DNA of 64,000 bases from Thermodesulfobacteriota bacterium (GCA_965215275.1 OZ244044.1:1440001-1504000); one strand, 5' to 3'. Shown: positions 18,483 through 29,063, counted from the first letter of the stretch. Program-made: numbers and translations. Notes: a model not told the origin generated them from the letters alone.

Positions 18483-19857
18483 AAAAGCATGGGGAGGAAG
18501 GTTTACAAGATCTACCAGCAAGGTGGCAGAAAAGTTCTCCGAGTCGGTAAGTTTTGACAGGCGGCTCTATGAAGAGGATATAAGGGCAAGCATTGCACAT
18601 GTTCGTATGCTTGCAAAGCAGAGTATCATTCCAAAGACTGACGCTGATAAGATCATCAAGGGGCTGGGCTCTGTAAAAAAGGAAATAATGTCGGGGAACT
18701 TTCCTTTCAGGGAAGAGTACGAGGATATTCATCTCAATATAGAAAAGCGTTTAATTGAAAAAATTGGGAAAGTCGGTGGAAAGATCCATACCGCCAGAAG
18801 TAGAAATGATCAGGTTTTAGTGGATATTCGTCTTTATATACTGAAAGAAGGCGATAATGTTCTGAAACTGCTGAAAAAGCTGTCAGGTAATTTTATCAAG
18901 TTGGCGGAAAAAAATATGGATGTCGTGATGCCGCTGTATACCCACCTGCAAAGGGCACAGCCCGTGCTTCTTGCTCATCATATGCTGGCGTTCTTTGAAA
19001 TGTTCAGACGCGACGCTGGCAGGTTGAGAGACTGTTTAGAGAGGACCGACGTAAATCCCTTGGGAACTGGAGCAGGGGCGGGGACCTCTTTTCCCGTTAA
19101 CAGGAACTACACGGCTTCCCTGCTCGGATTTAACGCGGTATCCTGCAACAGTATTGACACTGTAAGCGATAGAGACTTTATAGCTGAGTTCATATTCTGC
19201 TGTTCTCTGCTTATGATGCATCTGTCGCGACTGTCTGAAGAACTTGTACTCTGGTCCTCAAAGGAGTTTGACTTTATTGATCTTGGGGATGATTTTACAA
19301 CGGGTTCGAGCATAATGCCTCAGAAAAGAAATCCTGACATGGCAGAATTAACTCGTGGTAAAATAGCAAGGGTATATGGAAATCTGAATGCCATCCTTAC
19401 CCTCCTTAAAGGTCTTCCTCTTTCCTATAATCGTGATATGCAGGAAGATAAGGAACCTCTTTTTGATACGATCGACACCGTCAAATTGTGTCTTGAACTT
19501 AATAGTGAGATGCTGAAGAAAATAAAGTTTAAAAGAGAAAACTTACGCAAGTCCCTTACCGATGGATTTGTAACTGCAACTGATATTGCAGATTATCTGA
19601 CCAGAAAGGGTATGCCTTTCAGAAATGCGCATGAGACCGCTGGGGCGATAGTCAGTTATGCGGAAAAACAGGGCAAGCAACTGGAAGAGCTGTCATTGGA
19701 AGAAATGACAGGTTTTTCAAAATTAATAGAAGTTGATGTCTTTAACTGTATATCAATTCAGGGGTCCGTGGAGAGTAAAACCTCCTACGGAGGCACATCC
19801 CCTAAAAACGTTAAGGCCATGTTGCTTGATGCTAAAAAAGAAATTTCTGATTTTTAA
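18475..19857 (+). CDS. argH: Argininosuccinate lyase
   Basis: WGGRF, HTARSRNDQV, THLQRAQP, GSSIMPQKRNPD. Confidence 0.96.
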   Translation: MAKKAWGGRFTRSTSKVAEKFSESVSFDRRLYEEDIRASIAHVRMLAKQSIIPKTDADKIIKGLGSVKKEIMSGNFPFREEYEDIHLNIEKRLIEKIGKVGGKIHTARSRNDQVLVDIRLYILKEGDNVLKLLKKLSGNFIKLAEKNMDVVMPLYTHLQRAQPVLLAHHMLAFFEMFRRDAGRLRDCLERTDVNPLGTGAGAGTSFPVNRNYTASLLGFNAVSCNSIDTVSDRDFIAEFIFCCSLLMMHLSRLSEELVLWSSKEFDFIDLGDDFTTGSSIMPQKRNPDMAELTRGKIARVYGNLNAILTLLKGLPLSYNRDMQEDKEPLFDTIDTVKLCLELNSEMLKKIKFKRENLRKSLTDGFVTATDIADYLTRKGMPFRNAHETAGAIVSYAEKQGKQLEELSLEEMTGFSKLIEVDVFNCISIQGSVESKTSYGGTSPKNVKAMLLDAKKEISDF

Positions 19858-19886
19858 AGTTTATGATACAGTCTATTTTTATAAAA

Positions 19887-19964
19887 GGCCCTATCGTCTA
19901 GCTTGGTTCAGGACGCAGCCCTCTCAAGGCTGAAACACGGGTTCAAATCCCGTTGGGGCTGCCA
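19887..19964 (+). tRNA. tRNA-Glu (CTC)
   Basis: Anticodon arm CAGCC-CTCTCAA-GGCTG, GGTTCAAATCC T arm, CCA end. Confidence 0.95.
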
Positions 19965-20068
19965 GAAGATTATTAAATGGTTTTTAATTTCCAGTCCGTA
20001 CCGTTTGTTTAAGTTGACTCTATTTGGATGTGGCTGGCGAATACTGAAAGACTTGAGCACGATAATGT

Positions 20069-20844
20069 TTAGAAATCATAATTAAAAATTTCCAGGTCCT
20101 GTGCGTATTTTTTAGCAACCATTTTGCGCAGCTCGTCATCGTAATAGTTCTGGTAGGGACCGTGTTTGGTTGAATTTAGTTTTTCTGGCTTAATATCATC
20201 AGATAGTGAAATCTGTTCTTTTACATAGGAAAAGTCCTGTTCGAAGTTCTCAAGACGTCCGATGAAATCTAATGTCTCCAGGTCCAGCAAATAATGCTGG
20301 GGTACAAAGTGGCCCTCACAATGCTTATCGGGTATTTGGGTTACGAAGTGTACAAAATCACTGAAAGACATTTTTTTGAAGCCCACCAAATTCCCATATC
20401 CTTCTACAAACCCTCTATGTTCTCCATTTATAGCCCAACGATTGGTAGGGTTACGCAATTCTGGGTTATCAACTTTATCTTTATAACAGGAAAGCAGTCT
20501 ATCATATGGGTTTCTGACAAATGTGAAGTGGAAATAATCTTTATATATTGTGGACCTGTTTTCAGGGAAAACTACTCTGGGAATAGGTGTTGTGTGAAGT
20601 TCCGTCCCTTGCTCAATTTCGTCTATTGTAATCATAAAGGATATGATAGTTGTAAATGCAGCTTTAGGAACTGGATAATAGATGAATTTGTGTTTGTGAG
20701 AAACGCGGCCGTCGTGTACTGGCTTTAGAGGAGGATACTTTGTTATTGTAAAAGACCTTTTTTCATTCTTCTTTGGCTTAAGAAAATCCCCCCCCCCCTT
20801 TTTTTTCCCCGTAATGTTTTGTACAATGCTTTAATTATTTTCAT
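20069..20844 (-). pseudogene. Sulfotransferase family 2, copy 1, frameshifted at an A8-G11 tract (20788-20806)
   Basis: ATG 20844 homologous to the copy 2 start; YYPVPKAAFTT and FVRNPYDRLLS motifs in the downstream frame; +1 nt restores the ORF. Confidence 0.8.
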
Positions 20845-20912
20845 TTTGTATTTTCAAGTTATCTGAGAGTTTTTGTGTGCGAATCGAGTTGGATTGTTAC
20901 CTTGCTTCTACT

Positions 20913-20963
20913 TGAAATTATAAGAGATTCATAAAGTTGTATCAAGCAATCTTTATAATTTCA
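20913..20963. mobile_element. 51-bp mini inverted-repeat element (MITE-like)
   Basis: TGAAATTATAAGAGATT ... AATCTTTATAATTTCA; homologous to 21811-21861. Confidence 0.5.
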
Positions 20964-21013
20964 TTTATTTGAATGTGTCTGGCGAATACTGAAAGACTTG
21001 AACATAATAATAG

Positions 21014-21742
21014 TTAGAAGTCATAATTGAAGATTTCCAGGTCCCGTGCGTATTTTTTAGCAACTATTTTGCGCAGTTCGTCATCGTAATAGTTCTGGTA
21101 GGGAAAGTGTTTACTTGCCATCAGTCTTTTTGGCCTGATATAACCAGATAGTGGAATCTGTTCTTTTACATAGGAAAAATCCTGTTCGAAGTTCTCAAGG
21201 CGTCCGATGAAATCTAACTTCTCCAGGTCCAGCAAACGATGCTGGGGTGACCAGTGAGGGTCACAATGCTTATCGGGTATTTGGTTTACGAAGTGTACAA
21301 AATCACTGAAAGACATTTTTTTAAATTCTACATTCCCATATCCTTTTATAAACTCTCTATTTTCTCCATTAATAAACGCATGATCGTTACGGTTAACCGA
21401 TTTTGGATGATATATCTTTTCTATGTAACAGGAAAGCAGTCTGTCATATGGATTTCTAACAAATGCGAAGTGGAAATAATCTTTATATCTAGCGGACCTG
21501 TTATCAGGGAAATATAACGTGGGCATAACTGTTGTGTGAAGGGTAGGACCTTGCTCAATTTCATCTATTGTAATCATAAAGGATTTGATAGTTGAACATG
21601 CAGCTTTAGGAACTGGATAATAGATGAACTTATGCTTGTGAGAAACGAAGCCGTGTACTGGAGGCATATGAGGATATTTTAAAGGGATTTGTCTAATTTT
21701 TGGTTTAAGAATCTCTTTGTATAATTCTTTAATTGTTTTCAT
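21014..21742 (-). CDS. Sulfotransferase family 2, copy 2 (intact)
   Basis: PAPS-binding motifs PVPKAACSTI and FVRNPYDRLLS; DPHWSPQ; FIGRLENF. Confidence 0.88.
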   Translation of the reverse strand: MKTIKELYKEILKPKIRQIPLKYPHMPPVHGFVSHKHKFIYYPVPKAACSTIKSFMITIDEIEQGPTLHTTVMPTLYFPDNRSARYKDYFHFAFVRNPYDRLLSCYIEKIYHPKSVNRNDHAFINGENREFIKGYGNVEFKKMSFSDFVHFVNQIPDKHCDPHWSPQHRLLDLEKLDFIGRLENFEQDFSYVKEQIPLSGYIRPKRLMASKHFPYQNYYDDELRKIVAKKYARDLEIFNYDF

Positions 21743-21810
21743 TCTGTATTTTTAAATTATTTGAAAGTTTTTATGTGCGACCCGAATTGTATTGTTACCG
21801 TGCTGCTACA

Positions 21811-21861
21811 TGAAACTATAAGGGATTCATAAAGTTGTATCAAGCAATCTTTATAGTTCCC
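21811..21861. mobile_element. 51-bp mini inverted-repeat element (MITE-like)
   Basis: TGAAACTATAAGGGATT ... AATCTTTATAGTTCCC; right end reads GGGAACTATAAAGATTG, close to the 44743 MITE end. Confidence 0.55.
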
Positions 21862-21911
21862 TTTATTTGAATGTGGCTGATGGATGCTGAGAGGCCTGAA
21901 CACGATAACAG

Positions 21912-22672
21912 TTAGAAATCATAATTAAAGATTTCCAGGTCACGTGCGTATTTTTTAGCAACCATTTTGCGCAGTTCGTCATCGTAGTAGCTCTGGTAAG
22001 GACCGTGCTTGGTTGTCATTCTTTTTTCTGGCTTAATATCATCAGATAGCGAAATCTGTTCTTTTATATAGGAAAAATCCTGTTCGAAGTTCTCAAGGCG
22101 TCCGATGAAATCTAACGTCTCCAGGTCCAGCAAACGATGCTGAGGCGAAAAGTGAGGGTCACAATGCTCGTCTGGTATTTTGGTTACGAAGTGTACAAAA
22201 TCACTGAAAGACATTTTTTTAAAGCCCATCAAATTCCCGTATCCTTTTACAAACTGTCTATCTTCTCCATTAATAAAATAACGATTGGTAAGGTTAGATA
22301 ATGCTGGGTTATAAACTTTTTGTATGTAACAGGAAAGTAATCGATCATATGGGTTTCTAACAAATGTGAAGTGGAAATAATCTTTATATCTAGCGGACCT
22401 GTGTTCAGGTCGAAATATTCTGGGCATAATCGTTTCGTGAATGCTTTTTGGATCTCGCTTAATTTCGTCTATTGTAATAATAAAGGATATGATAGTTGTA
22501 GATGCAGCTTTAGGAATTGTATAATAGATGAATTTATGTTTGTGAGAAATGTATATGAGTGTTGGACGAGAAGCGTATTTTGTTATTGTAAAAGACTTTT
22601 TCTCACTCTTTTTGGCTTGAGAATACCCCCCCCCATCCGTAATGTTTTGTATAATGCTTTAATTGCTTTCAT
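21912..22672 (-). pseudogene. Sulfotransferase family 2, copy 3, frameshifted at or near a G9 tract (22626-22634)
   Basis: ATG 22672 (MKAIKALYK) runs into TAA; +1 nt gives a continuous frame through YYTIPKAASTT into ORF 21912..22427. Confidence 0.8.
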
Positions 22673-22732
22673 TCTGTATATTCAAATTATCTGAAAGTTT
22701 TTGCGTGCGACCCGAGTTGGATTATGACCTTG

Positions 22733-24085
22733 CTACTGTATAAGATCATAGTAATCCAAACCCAGATGCGTGATCAGGTCTTCCCCCATAATATACCTCA
22801 GAGTATTTTTAAGTTTCATAAGTTGAATAAAAAGGTCATGTTCAGGATATAGAACTTTGCTGACCATAGGGCTTTTAAAGTAGAACGAGAGCCATTCCTG
22901 AATACCGTACATACCTGCTCTATGTGCAAGGTCCAGAAATAGTACCAGATCCAAAACGATAGGAGCTGCAAGGATGCTGTCTCTGCACAGGAAGTTTAAC
23001 TTGATCTGCATAGGATAATTAAGCCAGCCGAAAATATCTATGTTGTCCCAGGCTTCTTTTTCGTCGCCCCTTGGGGGATAGTAATTGATCCGCACCTTAT
23101 GATAGAGGTTGGAATAAAGTTCGGGGTATAAATGGGGCTGAAATATAGTTCCAAGAACACTGAGCTTGCTTTCCTCTTTGGTTTTAAACGACCATGGATC
23201 ATCTAATACCTCACCGTCCCTGTTGCCAAGTATATTAGTTGAAAACCATCCGTTAACTCCAAGCATTCTGCTTTTAAATCCGGGTGCCAAGATAGTTTTC
23301 ATCAACGTCTGTCCCGTTTTGAAATCCTTTCCGGCTATGGGAACTTTATTTTCTTCTGCAAGACGTTCCAGTGCGGGTACGTCGGCGGACAGATTCGGAG
23401 CACCGTTAGCGTAAGGAACCCCACATTTTATTGCAGCATAGGCATAGATCATGCTCGGGGGTATATCTTTGCTGTTCTTTTTTAAGCCTTCTTCAAAACT
23501 TTTTAAGGTTTTGTGAACTTTTTTGGGCTTAATAAAGACTTCAGTGCTGCCACACCAGATCATAACCAGTCTGTCAGCTTTATTCTGTTCTTTAAACCCG
23601 TTTATATCGTCAATAAGCTGCTGGGCAAGGTCCATATTTGTCTTGCCTTTTTTGACGTGTCTGCCTGAAAGGTTCTTAACGTATTGCTGATCGAATACTG
23701 CCTTCATAGGCGATAGTTTTTTTAGCCTGCTTTTTAGGTCGTCAAGCAGTTCTTTCTGTAACACGCCAGCTTTCAGAGCAGCTTCATAACAGTTGTCCGG
23801 AAATATGTCCCACCCACCAAATATAAGGTTTTTGCAGTTTGCAAGAGGTACAAGGTCTTTAATTAACGGGGTTTTCTCCTGAGTTCTTTTCCCAAGCCTA
23901 ATAGTGCTCATCTGGGTTAACGAACCTATAGGTTTGCCGATCCCCTTGTTGATCGCTTCCACGCCGGCAGTAAAGGTGGTGCTGACCGCCCCGCTCATAC
24001 CTGGAAGTAAAACGCCGAGTTTGCCCTTGGGCGGCTTTATATTGATCTTACTACCGTTTTCTGACTTTCTGGAGAGTTTAGACAA
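22733..24085 (-). CDS. ino1: Inositol-3-phosphate (myo-inositol-1-phosphate) synthase
   Basis: GKDFKTGQT, STNILGNRDG, YYPPRGDEKEAWD, RDSILAAP. Confidence 0.92.
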   Translation of the reverse strand: MSKLSRKSENGSKINIKPPKGKLGVLLPGMSGAVSTTFTAGVEAINKGIGKPIGSLTQMSTIRLGKRTQEKTPLIKDLVPLANCKNLIFGGWDIFPDNCYEAALKAGVLQKELLDDLKSRLKKLSPMKAVFDQQYVKNLSGRHVKKGKTNMDLAQQLIDDINGFKEQNKADRLVMIWCGSTEVFIKPKKVHKTLKSFEEGLKKNSKDIPPSMIYAYAAIKCGVPYANGAPNLSADVPALERLAEENKVPIAGKDFKTGQTLMKTILAPGFKSRMLGVNGWFSTNILGNRDGEVLDDPWSFKTKEESKLSVLGTIFQPHLYPELYSNLYHKVRINYYPPRGDEKEAWDNIDIFGWLNYPMQIKLNFLCRDSILAAPIVLDLVLFLDLAHRAGMYGIQEWLSFYFKSPMVSKVLYPEHDLFIQLMKLKNTLRYIMGEDLITHLGLDYYDLIQ

Positions 24086-24091
24086 GAAAAA

Positions 24092-24484
24092 CTACCTTTT
24101 TGAGAACTGCTGACCCCTTCTTGCTTTTCTTCTGCCGTATTTCTTACTTTCCACCATTCTCGGGTCGCGTTTGAGAAATCCCGCTGTTTTGAGTGTTTTG
24201 CGGAGTTTTTCATCTGATTTCAGTAAAGCACGTGAAATACCATGCCTTATGGCCTCTGCCTGACCCGTAAGGCCACCGCCATTTACATTTACAGCCACAG
24301 AGTATTTTCCCTTGGTACCAGTAAGTTCAAGTGGATCATTTACTTTAGTCTGCCAAATATGACGTGGAAAATATTCACTTACTTTCCTGTTGTTAATTAA
24401 GATCTCACCGCTGCCGGATTTAAGCCAGACCCTGGCAACTGACGTTTTTCTTCTACCTACTCCTCCAAATAATGTTTCTGCCAC
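24092..24484 (-). CDS. rpsI: 30S ribosomal protein S9 (probable GTG start at 24484)
   Basis: [29 protein letters not shown]. Confidence 0.96.
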   Translation of the reverse strand: MAETLFGGVGRRKTSVARVWLKSGSGEILINNRKVSEYFPRHIWQTKVNDPLELTGTKGKYSVAVNVNGGGLTGQAEAIRHGISRALLKSDEKLRKTLKTAGFLKRDPRMVESKKYGRRKARRGQQFSKR

Positions 24485-24489
24485 TTGAA

Positions 24490-24924
24490 CTAAACCTCCA
24501 ATTTTGTTGGTCGTTGTGCCGAATGCGGGTGTGAACTTCCCGAGTAAACTTTCAGCCTGCCTATCAGCCTTTTCTGCCATTTGTTCTTCGGCAGCATTCC
24601 CCATACGGCTTTCTTAACGACTTCCCCTGGATCTTTTTCCTTTAACTTTGCTGCAGTAATTGATTTTAATCCACCTATGTAAGGCGTATGCCAGTAGTAA
24701 GTTTTCTGTGTCCACTTCTTACCGGTCAGATTGACTTTGTCTGCGTTAACCACCACAACGAAATCGCCGTTGTCACAGTGAGGGGTAAATACTGGTTTTC
24801 CTTTGCCTCTAAGCAGATTTGCAACCTGTGTCGCAAGGCGGCCGACCGTCTTTCCTTCAGCATCTATAACAAACCATTTTTGTTCAATTTCGCTGTCTTT
24901 TGCAACGTAAGACTTCATACCCAT
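24490..24924 (-). CDS. rplM: 50S ribosomal protein L13
   Basis: [32 protein letters not shown]. Confidence 0.97.
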   Translation of the reverse strand: MGMKSYVAKDSEIEQKWFVIDAEGKTVGRLATQVANLLRGKGKPVFTPHCDNGDFVVVVNADKVNLTGKKWTQKTYYWHTPYIGGLKSITAAKLKEKDPGEVVKKAVWGMLPKNKWQKRLIGRLKVYSGSSHPHSAQRPTKLEV

Positions 24925-25041
24925 AACTCCTTATAAAATAAAAAGTTAAATTTACTGAAACAGGAAATTAAAGTCAATACAGCAAAAAGTATTGGTATTT
25001 GTAAGACCTTGCCGAAGTAGGTCGTATTTGCCGAGGTCTTT

Positions 25042-25827
25042 TTAAAGATATACCAGCCATACGAATAATTTTGATAAAATAAAATCACAGATAATGATCA
25101 GCAGAAGTGATACGACCACTGTTTTAGTGGTTGCGTTCCCTACTCCTCTCGTTCCTCCATCAGCTTTCATCCCTAAAAAACAGCCCGTTATGGAAACTAT
25201 GAGACCGAAAAAGAACGTTTTTGAAATTCCCGTGATAAAATCGCTTATGCCGATCCACTCCATTGTGGAAGTTAAAAAAAGCCTTGGCTCTATACCAAGA
25301 TCGATTTGCGACATTATCACGGCTCCCGTTATACCTGACAGATTTGCTATTATTGCAAGCAGTGGGAACGATATAACGGCGGCAAGTATTCTCGGAGCTA
25401 TGAGCTTTTTAAAAGGATCTGCTCCAAGTGATTTAATTGCATCGATTTGCTCTGTAACGTTCATCGCTCCGATCTCGGCGGTAATGCCAGAACCGACCCT
25501 TCCTCCTACCAGCAGGGAAGTAACGACCGGTCCCAGTTCTCTTACAAAGGAGAGCGTAACAACTGGTCCAACGAGACTTTTTGCCCCAAACCACAAAAAG
25601 CCCCATGACAGCTGGACGACCATGACCATCCCGATCGCCATGGCAGAAACGATGACGATCAAAATTGATTTTACGCCTATTTCAGAGATCTGCTCCAGTA
25701 CGTCCTTAGAGCTGTAATCAGGTTTTATAGTTGCACCTATACACCTTATGGAAAAAATGGAAACTACTCCCATGGTGTGCAAAAAGGTCAGACAGTTAGA
25801 GCCAATTCTGTAAAATAAACTGGTCAT
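25042..25827 (-). CDS. mlaE: MlaE family ABC transporter permease
   Basis: RELGPV, GRVGSGITAEIGAM, EQIDA, GVGNATTKTVV. Confidence 0.88.
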   Translation of the reverse strand: MTSLFYRIGSNCLTFLHTMGVVSIFSIRCIGATIKPDYSSKDVLEQISEIGVKSILIVIVSAMAIGMVMVVQLSWGFLWFGAKSLVGPVVTLSFVRELGPVVTSLLVGGRVGSGITAEIGAMNVTEQIDAIKSLGADPFKKLIAPRILAAVISFPLLAIIANLSGITGAVIMSQIDLGIEPRLFLTSTMEWIGISDFITGISKTFFFGLIVSITGCFLGMKADGGTRGVGNATTKTVVVSLLLIIICDFILSKLFVWLVYL

Positions 25828-26375
25828 TATTTTGCTATAACGCTGAAATTCCCAATAAATCCCATGAAATCTTTAAAGTACAGATCAAAGCTGTTACCTA
25901 TGTTTGAGTAAATTACGTCATAAACACAATCACCTTTCATCAGTACCACCGTTGCAATTTTTAATTCTGTCTCATCAAGCTGTGCACTGTGTATCAATAA
26001 AAGGGACTGTTCGTTATCAATATGAACGGACTTTTTGCTCAGCAGCTTTTTTTGCTTAAGACCTATGAGCAGAGATCTCGACAGAGAGTCCAGACTGCTG
26101 TTGATATTGGTCGACGAGCACGTGGAGTTAACTTTTATAGAAGCGTCATTGTCCTTTGATACGAACAAAAGATCACCTTGGTCTGTGCTCACTTTATTCC
26201 AGCTGTCATTTAGCCTGCCTATCTTATAGCTCGTTGATTTCTTATTATACACGTGGTTCAGCAGCTTACCTTTTTCTTTACCGGAGGACCTGTATATCTG
26301 GGTAAATTTTACAACCGAGCAGGAACTGAGTGTGATAAGGAAAAATATCAAGGCGATAGAGATTTTATTGCTCAT
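25827..26375 (-). CDS. Hypothetical lipoprotein
   Basis: Lipobox LSSC; stop overlaps the mlaE start. Confidence 0.65.
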   Translation of the reverse strand: MSNKISIALIFFLITLSSCSVVKFTQIYRSSGKEKGKLLNHVYNKKSTSYKIGRLNDSWNKVSTDQGDLLFVSKDNDASIKVNSTCSSTNINSSLDSLSRSLLIGLKQKKLLSKKSVHIDNEQSLLLIHSAQLDETELKIATVVLMKGDCVYDVIYSNIGNSFDLYFKDFMGFIGNFSVIAK

Positions 26376-26477
26376 TGTGGGGTTTTTAGAGTGAGATGGG
26401 AATAAAGCTAAATATTACTTGAATATTCTGTAAAAACCAACACACTAATAAACGGCGTAAAATTACGGTGCATCACA

Positions 26478-26729
26478 TTGAATAAAATTCAGGTCTATAC
26501 TTCAAGTTCGTGTCCGTTTTGTGCAAGGACAAAATTGCTGCTGGACAACAAAGGCGTTGAATATCAGGAGATCCCCCTGGACGACAATCCTGAAAAAAAG
26601 CTTGAGGTCATGAAAGAACTGAACTGGAAAACCGTTCCCATAATCATTATAAACGACAAACTTATCGGAGGTTATCAGCAACTGGCGTCGCTTGAGAGCA
26701 CCGGTGAACTGGATAAACTCCTAAGCTGA
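26478..26729 (+). CDS. grxC: Dithiol glutaredoxin
   Basis: CPFC, TVP, IGG motifs. Confidence 0.85.
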   Translation: MNKIQVYTSSSCPFCARTKLLLDNKGVEYQEIPLDDNPEKKLEVMKELNWKTVPIIIINDKLIGGYQQLASLESTGELDKLLS

Positions 26730-26760
26730 TCATATAAACGCTTTATTTATCTTACTTCCG

Positions 26761-28155
26761 ATGCTAATAAAAACCAGATTTGCTCCAAGTCCTACTGGTT
26801 CACTTCATCTTGGTGGAGCAAGAACTGCAATATTTAACTGGTTGTTCGCACGTCACCACGGTGGAGAATTTGCCCTCAGGATCGAAGATACCGATCGGGC
26901 AAGGTCAACGCATAAGTCCGTTAATGAGATCCTGGATCTTTTAAAATGGCTGGGGATAGACTGGGATGGAGACATCGTAAAACAGTCCGAAAGGCTTGAT
27001 ATATATAAAGGATACGCTTATGCACTTCTGGAGTCCGGCAAAGCTTATAAGTGTTACCTGACCCAGGAAGAACTTGAGGCAAAGAGAGAAGAAGCACGTG
27101 AAAAAGGTGAATTTTTTCGTTACAAACGGGAATGGTCAAATGAAAACGCATCCCCGGATAAACCATATTCATTGAGACTGCTCACACCTGATACAGGTAA
27201 GATCGTGGTCAGTGACGTTATAAGGGGCAAAGTGAGCTTTAAAGCGGAAGAGATAGATGATTTCATAATTTTGCGAGTGGACGGGTATCCGACCTACAAC
27301 TTTGCGGTCGTAGTTGATGATGCTCTTATGAAAGCCTCTCATGTAATTCGTGGAGATGATCATTTGATAAATACTCCAAAACAGCTGCTTATATACAAAG
27401 CCCTTGATTTTGACGTTCCGTGTTTTGCGCACGTGTCGATGATACATGGTGCCGACGGGGTAAAACTGAGTAAAAGACATGGAGCTGCTTCGGTCGAGGC
27501 TTACAGGGACCTCGGTTACCTGCCCGAGTCAATAATCAACTACCTTGCACGGCTTGGATGGTCATATGGTGATGAGGAAATATTTTCTAGGGAGGACTTG
27601 GTAGAAAAATTTTCACTGGACGGTTTGGGAAAATCTCCCGCGGTGTTTGATCCTGAAAAACTCAACTGGCTTAATGCTTATTATATAAGGGAGAAAACAA
27701 CCGAAGAGCTCGCTGATCTGATCCTGCCCCTTATGAAAAAAAAAGGTTACGACGTCAAAGCTGATAATAAACTGATGATGATAATAGAACAGCTGAGAGA
27801 AAGGTCCAGGACCTTGAACGATTTTGTTACGCAGTCCTTCTATTTTTACATTGATGATCTTGAGTATGAAAGCAAGGCAAAGGATAAATTTTTAACTAAA
27901 GATAACGCTACGTTGTTTAAGTCCATTATTGAAAAATTGAGGTCCCTTAAAGGATTTGATCATGACTCGATTCACAAGGCACTTACTGAAATGGTAACTG
28001 AAACGGGTCTTAAATTCGGCAAGATCGCCCAGCCGATGCGCGTGGCACTGACCGGTGGCACGGTAAGTCCGGGAATTATTGAAGTCGTTGAAATACTTGG
28101 AAAAGATAAGGTGATTGAAAGATTAGAGCGTGCTGCCGGTAGTATTGATGAATGA
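26761..28155 (+). CDS. gltX: Glutamate--tRNA ligase
   Basis: RFAPSPTG, HLGG, LRIEDTD, KLSKR. Confidence 0.96.
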   Translation: MLIKTRFAPSPTGSLHLGGARTAIFNWLFARHHGGEFALRIEDTDRARSTHKSVNEILDLLKWLGIDWDGDIVKQSERLDIYKGYAYALLESGKAYKCYLTQEELEAKREEAREKGEFFRYKREWSNENASPDKPYSLRLLTPDTGKIVVSDVIRGKVSFKAEEIDDFIILRVDGYPTYNFAVVVDDALMKASHVIRGDDHLINTPKQLLIYKALDFDVPCFAHVSMIHGADGVKLSKRHGAASVEAYRDLGYLPESIINYLARLGWSYGDEEIFSREDLVEKFSLDGLGKSPAVFDPEKLNWLNAYYIREKTTEELADLILPLMKKKGYDVKADNKLMMIIEQLRERSRTLNDFVTQSFYFYIDDLEYESKAKDKFLTKDNATLFKSIIEKLRSLKGFDHDSIHKALTEMVTETGLKFGKIAQPMRVALTGGTVSPGIIEVVEILGKDKVIERLERAAGSIDE

Positions 28156-28249
28156 GGAACGCTCTTTCTACATTGGTATGGATAAAAATCTGCTTTCAGG
28201 CAGCGGTCCGTGTTTGAAAGTAATACCAAATTAAACTATAATATTACAG

Positions 28250-28504
28250 ATGGGTATGGAGATAGAAAGAATTAAATCTTTAATTGAGTCCGGTATTTCT
28301 ACGTTCCATGTGGAGGTAGTCGGTGATGGTACACATTTTAAAGCGGTCGTGGTATCGCCTGATTTTGAAAACAAAATGGTGATAGACAGGCATAAGCTTG
28401 TTTATGAGGCACTTGGCGGTGCCATGGACGAAGATATACACGCGATCTCACTAAGAACGTATACTCCGGATCAATGGCAAAACATGAGCAAGAAAGGAGA
28501 TTAA
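28250..28504 (+). CDS. BolA/IbaG family protein
   Basis: GDGTHF, RHKLVY, IHAISL; next to a monothiol glutaredoxin. Confidence 0.88.
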   Translation: MGMEIERIKSLIESGISTFHVEVVGDGTHFKAVVVSPDFENKMVIDRHKLVYEALGGAMDEDIHAISLRTYTPDQWQNMSKKGD

Positions 28505-28505
28505 A

Positions 28506-28823
28506 ATGTCAGACGTTATACAGGATAAGATCAGGGATCAGATCACAAGCAATAAGGTAATCCTATATATGAAAGGGTCAAGAGATACGCCGATGTGCGG
28601 TTTTTCAAGCAAAGTCGTGAAGATACTGGACTCCTATGGGGTGGATTACAAGACCGTTGACGTTCTTTTGGATCAGGATATCAGAAAGGGTATTAAAGAG
28701 TTTACGAATTGGCCCACCATACCTCAGCTGTACGTGAACGGTCAGTTTATTGGCGGATGCGACATCTGTGAAGAGATGCACTTCAACGGTGAACTGGAAA
28801 AGGTCGTTAAAACTGATCAGTAA
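28506..28823 (+). CDS. grxD: Monothiol glutaredoxin
   Basis: PMCGFS, WPTIPQLY, GGCD. Confidence 0.93.
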   Translation: MSDVIQDKIRDQITSNKVILYMKGSRDTPMCGFSSKVVKILDSYGVDYKTVDVLLDQDIRKGIKEFTNWPTIPQLYVNGQFIGGCDICEEMHFNGELEKVVKTDQ

Positions 28824-28934
28824 GCGTCAGAATTAAAATACACCGGGTACTTTCCTCCTCAGTACTTTAATGCTGACAACAGCATACGGAGAGATCTGTC
28901 TTATTAAATGATCCTGCAGTTTATACAAGGATTA

Positions 28935-29063
28935 TCACTTAACACATTTACAAGAGCAGTCAGAATCAGGACACTCACATTTGTCATTTTTGCAGTTGCA
29001 TGTTTCACAGTGACAATTTTCACACCCACATGATGGTTCTGATTCTATGAATATTCTTTTCAT
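28935..29063 (-). CDS. Metallothionein-like protein, 42 aa with 11 Cys, absent from the ORF track
   Basis: MKRIFIESEPSCGCENCHCETCNCKNDKCECPDSDCSCKCVK; AGGAGG 10 nt upstream of the ATG. Confidence 0.78.
   Translation of the reverse strand: MKRIFIESEPSCGCENCHCETCNCKNDKCECPDSDCSCKCVK

Noticed and set aside
19733..20085. Short ORFs spanning tRNA-Glu
   Set aside because: They overlap argH or a canonical tRNA and lack coding features.
24485..24604. N-terminal extension of S9 in the ORF track
   Set aside because: Overlaps rplM; homology starts at the GTG at 24484.
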